Below the pieces are notes generated by a model. It worked only from the letters and a program-made list of their open reading frames with translations. It was not told the origin of the DNA and searched no databases. The position numbers and the translations under genes were made by a program. A stretch of 64,000 nucleotides of DNA, from positions 186,001 to 250,000 of the IMG/VR virus record IMGVR_UViG_3300007770_001284; one strand, given 5' to 3'. Below are positions 1 to 10,500 of the stretch, piece after piece; position 1 is the stretch's first letter; each line of letters opens with the position of its first letter.

Positions 1-20
1 GTCGCGTTTTAGGAGAGAAA

Positions 21-623
21 GTGCATTGGACATCAGAAATTGATAACAAGATAGAGAAAGTTGAGTTACGAAAAAGCCCGCTCATTGTGAGAGTCAACAA
101 ATTCGATGAAGAATCCGCTAAGAAATTTAGCGATGAGATGGCTTTGGCTCACAATACAGGACAAGACATTATTCCAGTGGTCATTGATTCCTACGGTGGC
201 CAAGTTTATAGTCTTATGGCAATGATAAGTGCGATTAAGCATTCAGAGCTTCCGGTAGCGACGATTGTTGAGGGAAAAGCAATGTCATGTGGCGCTATTT
301 TGTTTTCTTTCGGTGAACAAGGCCGCAGGTTCATGGACCCAGACGCGACTTTAATGATTCATGACGTTTCTTCAATGGACATGGGGAAAGTGGAAGAGCT
401 AAAGGCTGGTGCCAAGGAAGCTGATCGGTTAAATGAAATTGTTTATAAGATGATGGCGCAAAACTGCGGAAAAGCAGATGATTATTTTATGCACATTGTT
501 GATAAAAAGAAACATGCTGACTGGTTCTTAGATGCAAAGCAGGCGAAGCGGCATGGGTTAGCAAATCAGCTCCGTGTTCCAAAGTTAAGCATAAAAGTTA
601 CTGTTGACATTGATTTTGAATAA
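21..623 (+). CDS. clpP: ClpP-like serine protease subunit
   Basis: DSYGG, AMSCG (catalytic Ser), MIHD (His), DWFLDAxQA (Asp) match the ClpP triad; AGGAG RBS before GTG. Confidence 0.85.
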   Translation: MHWTSEIDNKIEKVELRKSPLIVRVNKFDEESAKKFSDEMALAHNTGQDIIPVVIDSYGGQVYSLMAMISAIKHSELPVATIVEGKAMSCGAILFSFGEQGRRFMDPDATLMIHDVSSMDMGKVEELKAGAKEADRLNEIVYKMMAQNCGKADDYFMHIVDKKKHADWFLDAKQAKRHGLANQLRVPKLSIKVTVDIDFE

Positions 624-1036
624 TGCTAGCTTACAGAACCAGGCGACTGGTAAAAACAGAAGACTTAAATTCAAGGGGAACTTTGTTCGGTGGTCGACTC
701 CTGGAGTGGATTGATGAAGAGGCTTCGATTTTTTGCTTTTGTCAATTAGGGACTAGAAATATCGTAACAGTTCACATGTCAGAGATCAATTTTAGACACC
801 CTGCAAAATTGGGTGATGTTATTGAATTCGGTACTGACATGGTTTCATTTGGCAACTCTTCCATAACACTTAAAATGATTGTAAGGAATAAGAGAACAAA
901 GAAGACTCTTTTATCTGTTGAGAAGATTGTATTTGTGGCTTTGAATGAATTTGGTGAACCAGCGCCGCATGGAGTAACGAAATTTTCAGAACGAGGTAGA
1001 TGGAAACAACTTAAAAAAGGGAACGAAGATGGATAA
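623..1036 (+). CDS. Hotdog-fold acyl-CoA thioesterase (YciA-like)
   Basis: DLNxxGTLFGGxLLxWIDE signature; F-x-x-P-x-x-x-GD strand. Confidence 0.85.
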   Translation: MLAYRTRRLVKTEDLNSRGTLFGGRLLEWIDEEASIFCFCQLGTRNIVTVHMSEINFRHPAKLGDVIEFGTDMVSFGNSSITLKMIVRNKRTKKTLLSVEKIVFVALNEFGEPAPHGVTKFSERGRWKQLKKGNEDG

Positions 1037-1979
1037 AGACTTTTATAATAGTTCAAGTGCGGCAAAGCTGGGGTGGGAACCATCGTGGTTCGGCTGTGAT
1101 GAGTTCGATATTGATCTTGTGAAAGCAGTCAAGAAGTGGCAACGCGGTAACGGACTGACAGCAGACGGTCTTGTTGGCCCCATGACATATCGTAGAGTGT
1201 GGACAGAAAGAGAAGCAAGCATTTCTGACTGGATGGATACTCTTCCGTTAAAGAAAAGTTATAGACAAGGCGAAAAATATATTGTTCATAATGGTCATTT
1301 TATCCCTATAGAGTGGGATAATGTAATTTTATGGGACGAACCCAGTGGCCATAAGTCTAAGAAGGGATGTTACACAGATTATTCTGGGAGAGAAGATAGG
1401 GCTCCTACGTTTTTTGTTAATCATTGGGACGTGTGCCTAAGCGCAGATAGCTGCGCGAAAGTCTTGAATAAGCGCGGTATCTCTGTGCATTTTTTAATTG
1501 ATAATGATGGAACGATTTTTCAAATGCTGGATACGCAACACAAGGCATGGCACGCTGGTATACCGAATGGTGTCGGGGGAAATTCAAAAGGGATTGGTGT
1601 GGAAATTTCGAATGCTTATTATACAAAGTACCAAGACTGGTATGTTAAGCATGGCTATGGCGAACGGCCCATTCAAGAGCATGGTTACGTTCATGGCTCC
1701 ACGCGGGAGCCATTTCTAGATTTCTATCCAATCCAACTTGAGGCTTTAAAGGCGCTATGGAAGGCTGTCCACGTCGGGTTAGGCATTCCACTGGAGTATC
1801 CGAAAAATTCGTCGGGGCATATCGAGACCAGCGTGCATAAAGAATGTGTACGAGGAAAATTTCAGGGATTCTGTAATCACTACAATTTTATTAGAACAAA
1901 AATTGATTGCGCTGGCCTGGATCTTCCCGCTCTTTTAGAGGAAGTTAAAAAAACGCCGATGTACTGTTTAGATAAATAG
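1029..1979 (+). CDS. Endolysin-like: peptidoglycan-binding domain + N-acetylmuramoyl-L-alanine amidase
   Basis: AVKKWQRGNGLTADGLVGPMT (PG_binding_1); SVHFLID, AWHAG, IGVEI, H...KIDC (Amidase_2). Confidence 0.85.
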   Translation: MDKDFYNSSSAAKLGWEPSWFGCDEFDIDLVKAVKKWQRGNGLTADGLVGPMTYRRVWTEREASISDWMDTLPLKKSYRQGEKYIVHNGHFIPIEWDNVILWDEPSGHKSKKGCYTDYSGREDRAPTFFVNHWDVCLSADSCAKVLNKRGISVHFLIDNDGTIFQMLDTQHKAWHAGIPNGVGGNSKGIGVEISNAYYTKYQDWYVKHGYGERPIQEHGYVHGSTREPFLDFYPIQLEALKALWKAVHVGLGIPLEYPKNSSGHIETSVHKECVRGKFQGFCNHYNFIRTKIDCAGLDLPALLEEVKKTPMYCLDK

Positions 1980-1987
1980 CATATAAT
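1959..1987 (+). promoter_or_regulatory. sigma70-type promoter (ATGTAC-N17-TATAAT)
   Basis: Member of a recurrent promoter family; lies upstream of the glutamine synthetase RBS. Confidence 0.55.
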
Positions 1988-2007
1988 TGGTGTCATCAGG
2001 AGATGAT

Positions 2008-3015
2008 ATGCGAACAGTACATATAGATTATCTTTGGGTTGATGGGTTTGACACACCAGCAATTAGATCAAAGACGAAAGTCCAGCCGCTGAAGAGTGAC
2101 GACGACGAATCTTTTGAATTAGAAATTGAGCCGTGGAATTTTGATGGTTCCTCCACTGGGCAAGCCACCACAGCAGATTCAGAAAGAGTACTTCTTCCTG
2201 CTCGACTTTATCAAGTTTCTCCTGCGCATTATCTTCTTTTATGTGAAGTATGCAATGTTGATGAAACACCCCACGAGACGAATTATCGCGAGACGTTGCG
2301 GATATTTTTAGATGAAAATCCTCAGAAAAATATGTGGGTCGGATTTGAGCAAGAGTTTTTCTTAACCGATCAGAACAAAAATATTTTCTGGCCTGATGGA
2401 GCTGGTGAACCGATCAATGACCCGCGCTATTATTGTTCAGTTGGCGGTGATAGGGTAAAGAAGCGTAATCTGGTAAGGTCTCACGCAACAGGCTGTTGGG
2501 ATATTGGAATTCAGATTGTAGGGTATAATGCAGAGGTGGCTCCAGGCCAGTGGGAATTTCAATGTTTTGCAGAAGACGCATTACGAGCGTGTGATGATTT
2601 GTGGGTTGCTAGATATATGCTATCTTTATTATCTGAAACCGAAGACTTGGGGGTCGATTGGTCACCCAAGCCCCATGCCGGGTGGAATGGTAGCGGTTGC
2701 CACACAAACTTTTCTACAATGGAAATGAGAGATGTTGGTGGAGAGATGGCTTTTAACGAGATATTAGAGAAGATGAAGCAATTTCATCCTTCAACAGTAG
2801 AAAATTACGGAACGGGAAACGATCTCAGACTCGTCGGTGCGTACGAAACATCAAGCTATAATAAATTTACACACGGAATTGGCAGCCGAGATACATCGGT
2901 TAGAATACCCAATTCTGTCCCCAAGAATGAGTGGAAGGGATATCTCGAAGATCGGCGCCCTTCCTCTAATTGCGATCCCTATCGGGTAGTGTTTGAACTG
3001 CTGAAATTTGTGTAA
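2008..3015 (+). CDS. glnII: Glutamine synthetase, type II
   Basis: WNFDGSSTGQA, GQWEFQ, WNGSGCHTNFST, SVRIP, GYLEDRRPSSNCDPY; start moved to ATG after AGGAG. Confidence 0.9.
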   Translation: MRTVHIDYLWVDGFDTPAIRSKTKVQPLKSDDDESFELEIEPWNFDGSSTGQATTADSERVLLPARLYQVSPAHYLLLCEVCNVDETPHETNYRETLRIFLDENPQKNMWVGFEQEFFLTDQNKNIFWPDGAGEPINDPRYYCSVGGDRVKKRNLVRSHATGCWDIGIQIVGYNAEVAPGQWEFQCFAEDALRACDDLWVARYMLSLLSETEDLGVDWSPKPHAGWNGSGCHTNFSTMEMRDVGGEMAFNEILEKMKQFHPSTVENYGTGNDLRLVGAYETSSYNKFTHGIGSRDTSVRIPNSVPKNEWKGYLEDRRPSSNCDPYRVVFELLKFV

Positions 3016-3072
3016 TACTCACTCACCACCGAATACTTAACAATAGTTCGTTCGTTTCCGTGGTGATAAAGT

Positions 3073-3315
3073 ATGTCTAACACAAAAGCTTCTGATACTA
3101 TTTTGCGACTTCGCGCTCTTAGAGAGAAATTATGCGGTCACGATGTACCTTGGCAAGAGGCTTTTGAAGTTAGAGACGCTGTAGTCGAGCAGCTGTGTGA
3201 ATTACATGCATGCGCGAGTAGAGATGGCGCTGAGCTTCATATTGTGCAAGCAAAAATTGTTTCTATTCTTGAATATTTACATGTAGAGATCGAGTGCAAT
3301 GAGGAGAACAAGTAA
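3073..3315 (+). CDS. Hypothetical protein
   Basis: ORF in phase with neighbours; ATACTTA motif upstream. Confidence 0.55.
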   Translation: MSNTKASDTILRLRALREKLCGHDVPWQEAFEVRDAVVEQLCELHACASRDGAELHIVQAKIVSILEYLHVEIECNEENK

Positions 3316-3644
3316 TGCCAGCTCAAGACAATGATGGGTGGAGTGAATATTCAAGACTAGTCCTCAAAGAGCTAGAGACCTTGGCCGCCAGTATTCAATC
3401 TTTGAATTCAGAAATTCAAGAGCTTAAGCAAGAAATTGCAAGAATGCGAGAACGAGAAGATCGCGTTGATGATCTTAAGATGTGGAAAGAAAAAATCGAT
3501 GAGGTGGCTTCCCCCACCCAGCTACAGGTCATGGTAAAAGAAGTTGAAGACTTGAAGCTTTTCAAGACAAAAGCGATCACTGTTTTTGCGGTTGTACAGT
3601 TTGGTATGGCTCTTGCGATGTGGGCACTTAACTACTTTAAATGA
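3315..3644 (+). CDS. Coiled-coil protein with C-terminal transmembrane helix
   Basis: Heptad pattern followed by AITVFAVVQFGMALAMWAL; GAGGAG RBS. Confidence 0.6.
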   Translation: MPAQDNDGWSEYSRLVLKELETLAASIQSLNSEIQELKQEIARMREREDRVDDLKMWKEKIDEVASPTQLQVMVKEVEDLKLFKTKAITVFAVVQFGMALAMWALNYFK

Positions 3645-3693
3645 TGTAAATTTCGAATTTTTATATTATCATTTTTTGTAGGATGAGAGTATA

Positions 3694-4167
3694 ATGAATT
3701 CGTGGGTTCCACCAAGGTCGCCGTTTGATCTTTTGCAAGAGCGTTTCTGGCCAGATGGTTGGAAAATTCTTGTTACGTGCTTATTGTTAAACCAAACATC
3801 ACGTAAGCAGGTTGAACCGATGATTGAAAGGTTTTTCCAGCGCTATCCTTCCCCAGAAGTGCTAGCACACGCTGATCAAGAAGAATTGTATCATTACATC
3901 AAGGCGCTTGGATTAGCAAACAAGCGGGTAAAAACGCTTAAACGCTTCAGTCAAGAATTTTTAGAGGGGAATTGGACATCTGCGAAGGACCTCTACGGGT
4001 GCGGAAAGTATGCGGATGATACATACCGCATTTTCATCGTTGGAGATTGGCGAGAAACCTCGCCAAATGATCATGCCTTGAGCGATTATCACGGATGGTT
4101 ACAATCTTCTGATAATTCCTATAATAAAAATCGATGTGTGGAGGAAATATGGACACCGAAGAATTGA
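3694..4167 (+). CDS. MBD4-like HhH-GPD mismatch DNA glycosylase (stand-alone catalytic domain)
   Basis: WVPPRSPFDLLQE..WKILV..LLNQTS..LYGCGKYADDTYRIF..PNDHALSDYHGWL aligns by eye with the MBD4 glycosylase domain (WTPPRSPFNLVQE..LHGIGKYGNDSYRIF..PEDHKLNKYHDWL). Confidence 0.85.
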   Translation: MNSWVPPRSPFDLLQERFWPDGWKILVTCLLLNQTSRKQVEPMIERFFQRYPSPEVLAHADQEELYHYIKALGLANKRVKTLKRFSQEFLEGNWTSAKDLYGCGKYADDTYRIFIVGDWRETSPNDHALSDYHGWLQSSDNSYNKNRCVEEIWTPKN

Positions 4168-4388
4168 AATTAACAGATAACGCGATATCACATATCGCCC
4201 AGCTTTTGCAGATGGCAATCCTAACAGGAACAGACATCATGGACAATCTTCGATCTGCGACGTTTGTTGCATATGAAGGGACAGTGGACATCCATCCGGA
4301 TTACCATGAAACGTTCCAGGAGGGAATTCAGCGAATGGTTGAGGCAGTACAAGACGTCGCCTCTGATGGAGAAACCACGGATGAGTGA
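4149..4388 (+). CDS. Hypothetical protein
   Basis: GGAGG RBS before ATG 4149; overlaps neighbours. Confidence 0.6.
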   Translation: MDTEELKLTDNAISHIAQLLQMAILTGTDIMDNLRSATFVAYEGTVDIHPDYHETFQEGIQRMVEAVQDVASDGETTDE

Positions 4389-4767
4389 GACTGTCAGCAA
4401 TGAATTAGCTGAAATTTTTCGTTTACGTGAAAAGTTTATGCGTACATTACGAGCAAAGAAGCCCACCGAGTATCCGACTTGGCCGATTGATCTTTCTGAT
4501 AAAAAGAACCAGCAACATGTTAGAGATATGGCTCTACGTGGTGTTGAAGAAATGTTTGAGGCATTACAACATTTGAAAAACTGGAAGCCTCATCGAGACA
4601 CAGAATTACAAGAAGTTGATAGGGAAGAATTTTTAGAGGAAATTGTTGATGCATTCAATTACTTTTTCTCTGTGCTGGTCCTTGTCGGGGTTAATTCTGA
4701 TGAGCTTTTTGCTGCGTATTGTCGAAAGGATGAAATCATTCATTCGCGATTGGAGACGGGATATTGA
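4381..4767 (+). CDS. All-alpha NTP pyrophosphatase (dimeric dUTPase / T4 gp56 dCTPase-like)
   Basis: EEMFEA..NWKPH..EEIVD acidic metal-binding motifs. Confidence 0.7.
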   Translation: MSETVSNELAEIFRLREKFMRTLRAKKPTEYPTWPIDLSDKKNQQHVRDMALRGVEEMFEALQHLKNWKPHRDTELQEVDREEFLEEIVDAFNYFFSVLVLVGVNSDELFAAYCRKDEIIHSRLETGY

Positions 4768-4785
4768 CGATACTTATAGTACGCT

Positions 4786-5541
4786 ATGTCGTCGACTTCC
4801 CGTCAAATTCAGAGAAGAGTCCGGATGCTGAAGGCAGAATTGCGAATGTTGCAAAATTATTATGATGAGTCTTCTATTGTTTTAGTTGAGTATGAAGAGG
4901 AGTGGACTTCTGATCTCACTTATTTTCTTTTAAAGTACAATAATGAAAAAAAGTCTCTCGCCAGCTCAGATAACCAGTCTTTTGATATTGGACCCGTAAA
5001 GGGAGATGGTTGGGAAGAGAGGAATGCTCGTCGAAAACAACGCGATGATCGTATCAAGGCTCGCCGCGGCAAAAAGTGGGGTAGAGAAGCAAAAGAAAAG
5101 AATGCTAATACCCCACTTGAAAAAGACACCACGCCAGAATGGGCAAGAAAACTTTTTCGTGAAATTGCGAAATTAACGCATCCTGACAAAGCGCCAGAAG
5201 ATTCAAAAGAGAAGTTTTCAAAAATATTTCGGCGGGCATCTGCAGCAATTGATGGCGAAGACTATAAAGAGCTACTATCTCTTGCAATGGATTTAGATTT
5301 GTCTTTTGACATGTTAGATCAAGAGTTACGTCCCTTATTAGAACAACGAGTAGTTGATATGAGGGCTAAAATAAAGGCTCTTGAGGAAAAAGCCTCATGG
5401 ATTTGGGGTGAGAATTTCGGTATGTCTGCCCTCCGTGCAGAAGTCCTACAGCGGATATTGACACAGTCTGGAATAAGCAGATCGTTAGAAGAGCTAAAAG
5501 ATGAAATTGAGAAAAGAGAAGAGCAAAGTACAAGAGGGTAA
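4786..5541 (+). CDS. Coiled-coil protein with J-domain-like HPD motif
   Basis: RKLFREIAKLTHPDK. Confidence 0.6.
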   Translation: MSSTSRQIQRRVRMLKAELRMLQNYYDESSIVLVEYEEEWTSDLTYFLLKYNNEKKSLASSDNQSFDIGPVKGDGWEERNARRKQRDDRIKARRGKKWGREAKEKNANTPLEKDTTPEWARKLFREIAKLTHPDKAPEDSKEKFSKIFRRASAAIDGEDYKELLSLAMDLDLSFDMLDQELRPLLEQRVVDMRAKIKALEEKASWIWGENFGMSALRAEVLQRILTQSGISRSLEELKDEIEKREEQSTRG

Positions 5542-5713
5542 GATAGCGCATGTGGTCGATACCCACTGCGGTATCGGTGATGACGGTCTATCTTATATTC
5601 TTGAACCTGGAATGAGCGGTCTTGTGGTGTCTATCACACCAGAAATTACGACGTTGCTTATTCATGATAGACTTGTAGACGTTAGAGGATATAGCCTGGA
5701 AGCTTTATCATGA
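5501..5713 (+). CDS. Small hypothetical (SH3-like beta) protein
   Basis: Fills gap, ATGA overlap with next gene; start uncertain. Confidence 0.4.
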   Translation: MKLRKEKSKVQEGKIAHVVDTHCGIGDDGLSYILEPGMSGLVVSITPEITTLLIHDRLVDVRGYSLEALS

Positions 5714-6546
5714 AACGTATTTCAAGAAAGTATTTAAGCAAAATAATAAAAGAAGAGCTACATCTGCATAATCTCTTGGAATCGAATGTGAAGTCTGCTC
5801 GTGGGATGTCCAATCGTGTTACAAGAGCGATTATGGACCTTGTAAAGGATGGTGCCACAAATAGAGAGCGCTATGTTGTATTAACAATAGATGACTTAAT
5901 CGATGACGAAGGATATCGGTCGCAAGCCACGACTGCGTATAATCTGGATATTGACTTTATTCCCGGAAAAATAAACAGGCAGGCCGCTGATGAGGACTTC
6001 GAAGAATCAGACGCTTATTTAAGCGTTTCTCTTTTCGTAAACGAGGGTTCAGAACTGCATGTTTCGGGAGATGATATTAACAGGACGGGTGACCCTGGAA
6101 TTCATTTAACGATTATAAAGCCTGTAGAGTTAACAGGTGCAGATTTATCGACACTTCGAACAGAAATTTCAAATTCTGTTCGTCATGAAATGGAACATAT
6201 GACACAAAACCTTCCTCGCTATTATCAAGGGATGGAAAAACCTGACGGTGGTCGGTATGCATATGACGAATTTGATATTTCTGGAGAGCCAGAATCTGAT
6301 CGCGCGAAAGACTATTATCTCGATCCGAAGGAAGTGTCCGCTCATATTATGGGTTATGCACAGAATACATCATCAATAAGCGATTTAGAAGAAGAAATTC
6401 GAGAGATGCTTGATAATTGGGCTAGCCCAGACTGGGAGAAGCGTAAAAATGTTTTAATAGCTCCTGGTGACGTAGACATAATAGCGAATGCTTGGCTAGA
6501 TTGGGCAAAGAAGCATCTTCGAGGGAAACGATTTCAAGGGAAATAA
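5710..6546 (+). CDS. Zincin-like (HExxH) protein with N-terminal leader peptide
   Basis: RHEMEH..YYLDPKEVSAH; N-term ISRKYLSKIIKEEL..LLE; paralogous to the C-terminal domain of 53141..55264. Confidence 0.55.
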   Translation: MKRISRKYLSKIIKEELHLHNLLESNVKSARGMSNRVTRAIMDLVKDGATNRERYVVLTIDDLIDDEGYRSQATTAYNLDIDFIPGKINRQAADEDFEESDAYLSVSLFVNEGSELHVSGDDINRTGDPGIHLTIIKPVELTGADLSTLRTEISNSVRHEMEHMTQNLPRYYQGMEKPDGGRYAYDEFDISGEPESDRAKDYYLDPKEVSAHIMGYAQNTSSISDLEEEIREMLDNWASPDWEKRKNVLIAPGDVDIIANAWLDWAKKHLRGKRFQGK

Positions 6547-6591
6547 AAGTGAGTGATCATTCTAAAGGACATATACTGAGGTTAGAATATA

Positions 6592-7515
6592 GTGTTTGAA
6601 ATTTATATTCCATTTTATAACAGCCCGTTTTGTGCTGAGTATCAAGCGAAAACGCTGCGAGCATTTATGCGTGACGAAGATGTTACACTAATCTTTGTTG
6701 ATAACAATATGGGGTATCACCCAGAGGCCTCTTTACGAATTATTGAGATTTGCAAAGAGTATGATATAGAGCTTATTGTTAACAATGATCCGCTCTGTGC
6801 GAAATTTCAAGAGGGAATAGCGCAAGGTCATGTATCTACTTCCGATAAGCTGGGCCATACGCTTAATTTGATTTATGGCGTAGTCCAGCAAAGAAAACCT
6901 GATTATTTTGGGTTTCTCGATCAGGATTGTTTCGCGTTTAAGCCCGTTCAGCTTAAAGAATATCTAGATGAGCACGGCGCGTACGGAAAGGTGGTCCCAA
7001 CACATCCGGACGAAAGTCATGTGACACGATCTGGCGAGCATGTGTGGAATTTACATGTGATGTGTAATTTTTTTAAGCGAGATTTTCTTTCTAACATGAA
7101 CGTTAATTTTATGCCAGGGAGCTGGTGCGAGAGGCTTGGTTATGGCTATGATGTCATACTAGACACGGGAGGAGTTAATTGGTGGACAATGTATAAAGAC
7201 ATGGATCGATCTCAGTATGTGCTACCAGAAGAACATTTTCTGTATTATGATGATATTTCTCTCCTTGACCCCAATAATGATAGTCCTACTAAGACTCTTT
7301 ATGAAGTGCTTGACAACAAGTGGGTGCATATGGTCCACGCCGCAAATTCTGGTGCAGCAGCAGACTATCTTAAGCCAAAAACTTCATATATGAAGGGATT
7401 CCTTGATTTTGCGTTATTGGATGCGGGTGCCGTTGGTGCCAGCCCTCGTCCAGAGTCTGACTTCATACCGTCGTACAGAGACCCGAACCGTCATTTTTCT
7501 TTTGAGGGTTCCTAA
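6592..7515 (+). CDS. Putative GT-A fold glycosyltransferase
   Basis: IYIPFYN start strand, FVDNN, FGFLDQD (DxD), LDTGG. Confidence 0.6.
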   Translation: MFEIYIPFYNSPFCAEYQAKTLRAFMRDEDVTLIFVDNNMGYHPEASLRIIEICKEYDIELIVNNDPLCAKFQEGIAQGHVSTSDKLGHTLNLIYGVVQQRKPDYFGFLDQDCFAFKPVQLKEYLDEHGAYGKVVPTHPDESHVTRSGEHVWNLHVMCNFFKRDFLSNMNVNFMPGSWCERLGYGYDVILDTGGVNWWTMYKDMDRSQYVLPEEHFLYYDDISLLDPNNDSPTKTLYEVLDNKWVHMVHAANSGAAADYLKPKTSYMKGFLDFALLDAGAVGASPRPESDFIPSYRDPNRHFSFEGS

Positions 7516-7540
7516 ACCCACAAGATTAATTTACGTTAAG

Positions 7541-7569
7541 CTGAAAAAACCTCTCATACCCTCTATAAT
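7541..7569 (+). promoter_or_regulatory. sigma70-type promoter for dnaE operon (CTGAAA-N17-TATAAT)
   Basis: Family member; followed by GGAGG and GTG 7589. Confidence 0.55.
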
Positions 7570-7588
7570 ACATCACATTGGAGGTTTT

Positions 7589-10500
7589 GTGCGTAAGACT
7601 AAACTGGTTCCCCCAAATAAGTTCATCTCCCTTCATTCTCATGATGGGTTTTCTACTTTTGATGGGCTGGGCTATCCACAAGAGCACATCGACTTTGTCA
7701 TTGAGAACGGCATGGACGGATGGTGTCTCACAAATCATGGTCATATGAATTCATTTGGGCATGCTTTTCTTCATGCGGAAAAGGTCCAGAAGCGTGGGGG
7801 TACCTTTAGGTTTGTCCCTGGTTGTGAAATGTACGTTCATCCAGACCTTGACGCTTGGAAGCTGGATTACGAAATTCGCCAGGCTGCAAAGAAGGGTGAT
7901 AAAGAAGCGTTGTTCTCATTACGAGAACAGCGGGAAGCAATTACGACTCCGCTCACCGCCGTCACAGACCGCGACGATGAAATTATTGATATCGGTAAAG
8001 AAGAAGCTGGGCTTACCGTAGAAAATGAAGAGGAAACGAAGTCTGGAAAGTTTTACGATCCAGTGAAGCGTCGCCATCATTTGGTAGTTTTGCCCAAGAC
8101 CAGCGAGGGTCTCCAACGTTTGTTCCACCTCGTTAGTAGGGGTTACAGAGAGGGCTTCTATAGGTTCCCGCGTGTTGACTATAGGATGCTAAGGGAAGCT
8201 GCTGAGGGAGGCCATCTAATGGTCTCAACAGCATGTATTGGTGGCCCAATCGCATACGAGGTCTTTAGGCACGCTCAACAGGTCGAGTTTGATGATTTAA
8301 AGCATACGCTGCTTGACGATCCGTCATTTCACCGTAACGTTATGACGGGAGTTGGAAATGCGTATCAAGGGCTTGTTGATGCTGTCGGAATTGATGATGT
8401 ACACCTCGAGCTTCAATTTAACAAACTTCCAGCTCAGCATCTAGTAAATCGGGCGATCATTGAATTTGCAAATAACCAGGGGCTTCAAGACAAGCTGGTT
8501 GTTACAACAGATTCTCATTATGCCCGACCAGAGCATTGGCGTGAACGTGAGCTTTATAAAAAGCTGGGATGGCTAAACTATCGTGAATTCGATCCATCGA
8601 AATTGCCCCAATCAAGAGATGATTTGAAGTGCGAGCTTTATCCTAAGAACGCTCCTCAGGTTTGGGATACGTATCTAGAGTCAACAGACGGAATGGATTT
8701 TTACAATGACCAAGTGGTAAAGGACGCAATCGAGCGTCCGCATACGCTTGTTCACGAGGCTATCCAAGACATCGTTCCCGATCGTACCATGAAGCTTCCT
8801 TCTTATGTTGTACCTGAAGGTATGACAGATGATAAGGCTTTGCTTGAGGCATGTAAGAAGGGTCTTGTTGAGCGAGGGTTGGCAAACGATCCAAAATATA
8901 TCGAGCGAATAAAGCAAGAACTAAAAATCATCAAAGATAAGAATTTTTCTCGATATTTCTTAACAATGGAAGCGATTATTAAGATTGCCAAGAAAGCCAT
9001 GCTTGTCGGACCAGGACGCGGTTCGGCCGCGGGTAGTCTAGTTGCCTATGTTCTTAAGTTGACAGACGTTGACCCGTTCGAATACGATCTTATGTTTGGT
9101 CGTTTTCTAAACCCAAGTCGTGAGGGTGCCCCAGATATCGATACCGATGTTGGTGACCGAGATTTGCTTCTCCAGCTAATGAAAGATGAGTGGGGAGATG
9201 AGAATATTATCCCCATCTCGAATTATAATACTTTCAAGCTTAAGTCCCTTGTGAAGGATATCTCTCGTTTTTATGGAATTCCATTTAACGAGGTAAATAA
9301 GGCTCTGTCAACTGTAGATGAAGATGTGAAGCGTGCAGTGTTTAAGCAGGGGACTGATAAAAACCTGTTCGTTCTACTTTACGAAGATGCTCTAGCTCAT
9401 TCTAAGAAGTTTAGAGCGTTTATCGAGGCGCATCCAGAGGTCGCCGCCCCTATCCAGGTTTTGTTTAAACAGAACAAGGCTCTTGGTCGTCATGCAGGAG
9501 GTTGCATTGTCGCAGAAGATATAGCTGAAAGAATGCCGCTGATCAAAGCTCGAGGTGAGCTCCAGACCCCCTGGGCTGAAGGCATGAACTATAAGCATCT
9601 TGAAACATTTGGCTGGATTAAGTTCGATCTTCTCGGTCTTGAAACGCTACGGATCATTCAAAGAACGATTGAGCTGATTCTTCAAAGAAAAGAGGGTATT
9701 GAGGACCCAACATTCGAGCAGGTCTATGAGTGGTTCAATGCAAATATGGATCCCAAGGTTCTTGATATGGATGACCAGCATGTCTATGAGCATGTTTATG
9801 CAGGTGGTCGTTGGGCCGGTATCTTTCAGCTAGCGGGAAGAGGTGCGCAAAACCTCTTTAAGAAAGCCAAGCCCAAGAGCATTATCGATATTGCTACGCT
9901 GACCTCTATCTATCGTCCAGGCCCACTCACTGCGAAGGTCGATAGATTGTATATCAAGGCCAAGAATAATCCTGAGAAGATTGATTATGGGCATCCACTA
10001 ATCAAAGAAGTACTAGAAGAAACATACGGCTTGATAGTCTTTCAAGAGCAGATCATGAAGCTTTGTTCTGTTGTAGCTGGTTTCCCAGAGGAAGAAACAG
10101 ATACTGTTCGTCGCAGTATTATGAAGCGTAAAGCATCAGAGGCTGCAGAAAGTCTTGCTAAGGCTCGATCTATTAAGGAGCAGTTTGTTGCTGGCTCTGT
10201 TAAGAATGGAGTGGATAGTCAGCTTGCAGATGATTTGTACGAAAAGATTCTCTTCTTCGCAGGATACGGCTTCAATAAGTCTCATGCAGTTTGTTACGCT
10301 ATTGACTCTTACTACTGCGCTTGGCTTTTAACATATTTCGAAGAGGAATGGTTATGCGCTTATCTTGAAGCGATGTCGGGTAATGATAAGAAGCGAGCCA
10401 AGGCTTTCGCTGAGGTTAAGACGCTAGGGTATCGAGTTGTGCCCCTTGATATTAATTACGCGACCAAGGATTGGACAATTCTTGAAGGTAAGAAATTTAT

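Noticed and set aside
7403-7588. N-terminal 62 aa of the 1266-aa DnaE ORF
   Set aside because: Overlaps the upstream gene and a promoter; GGAGG + GTG at 7589 gives a start just before the PHP motif
7840-8070. Possible intein in DnaE
   Set aside because: The insertion lacks Cys/Ser start, His-Asn end and LAGLIDADG motifs
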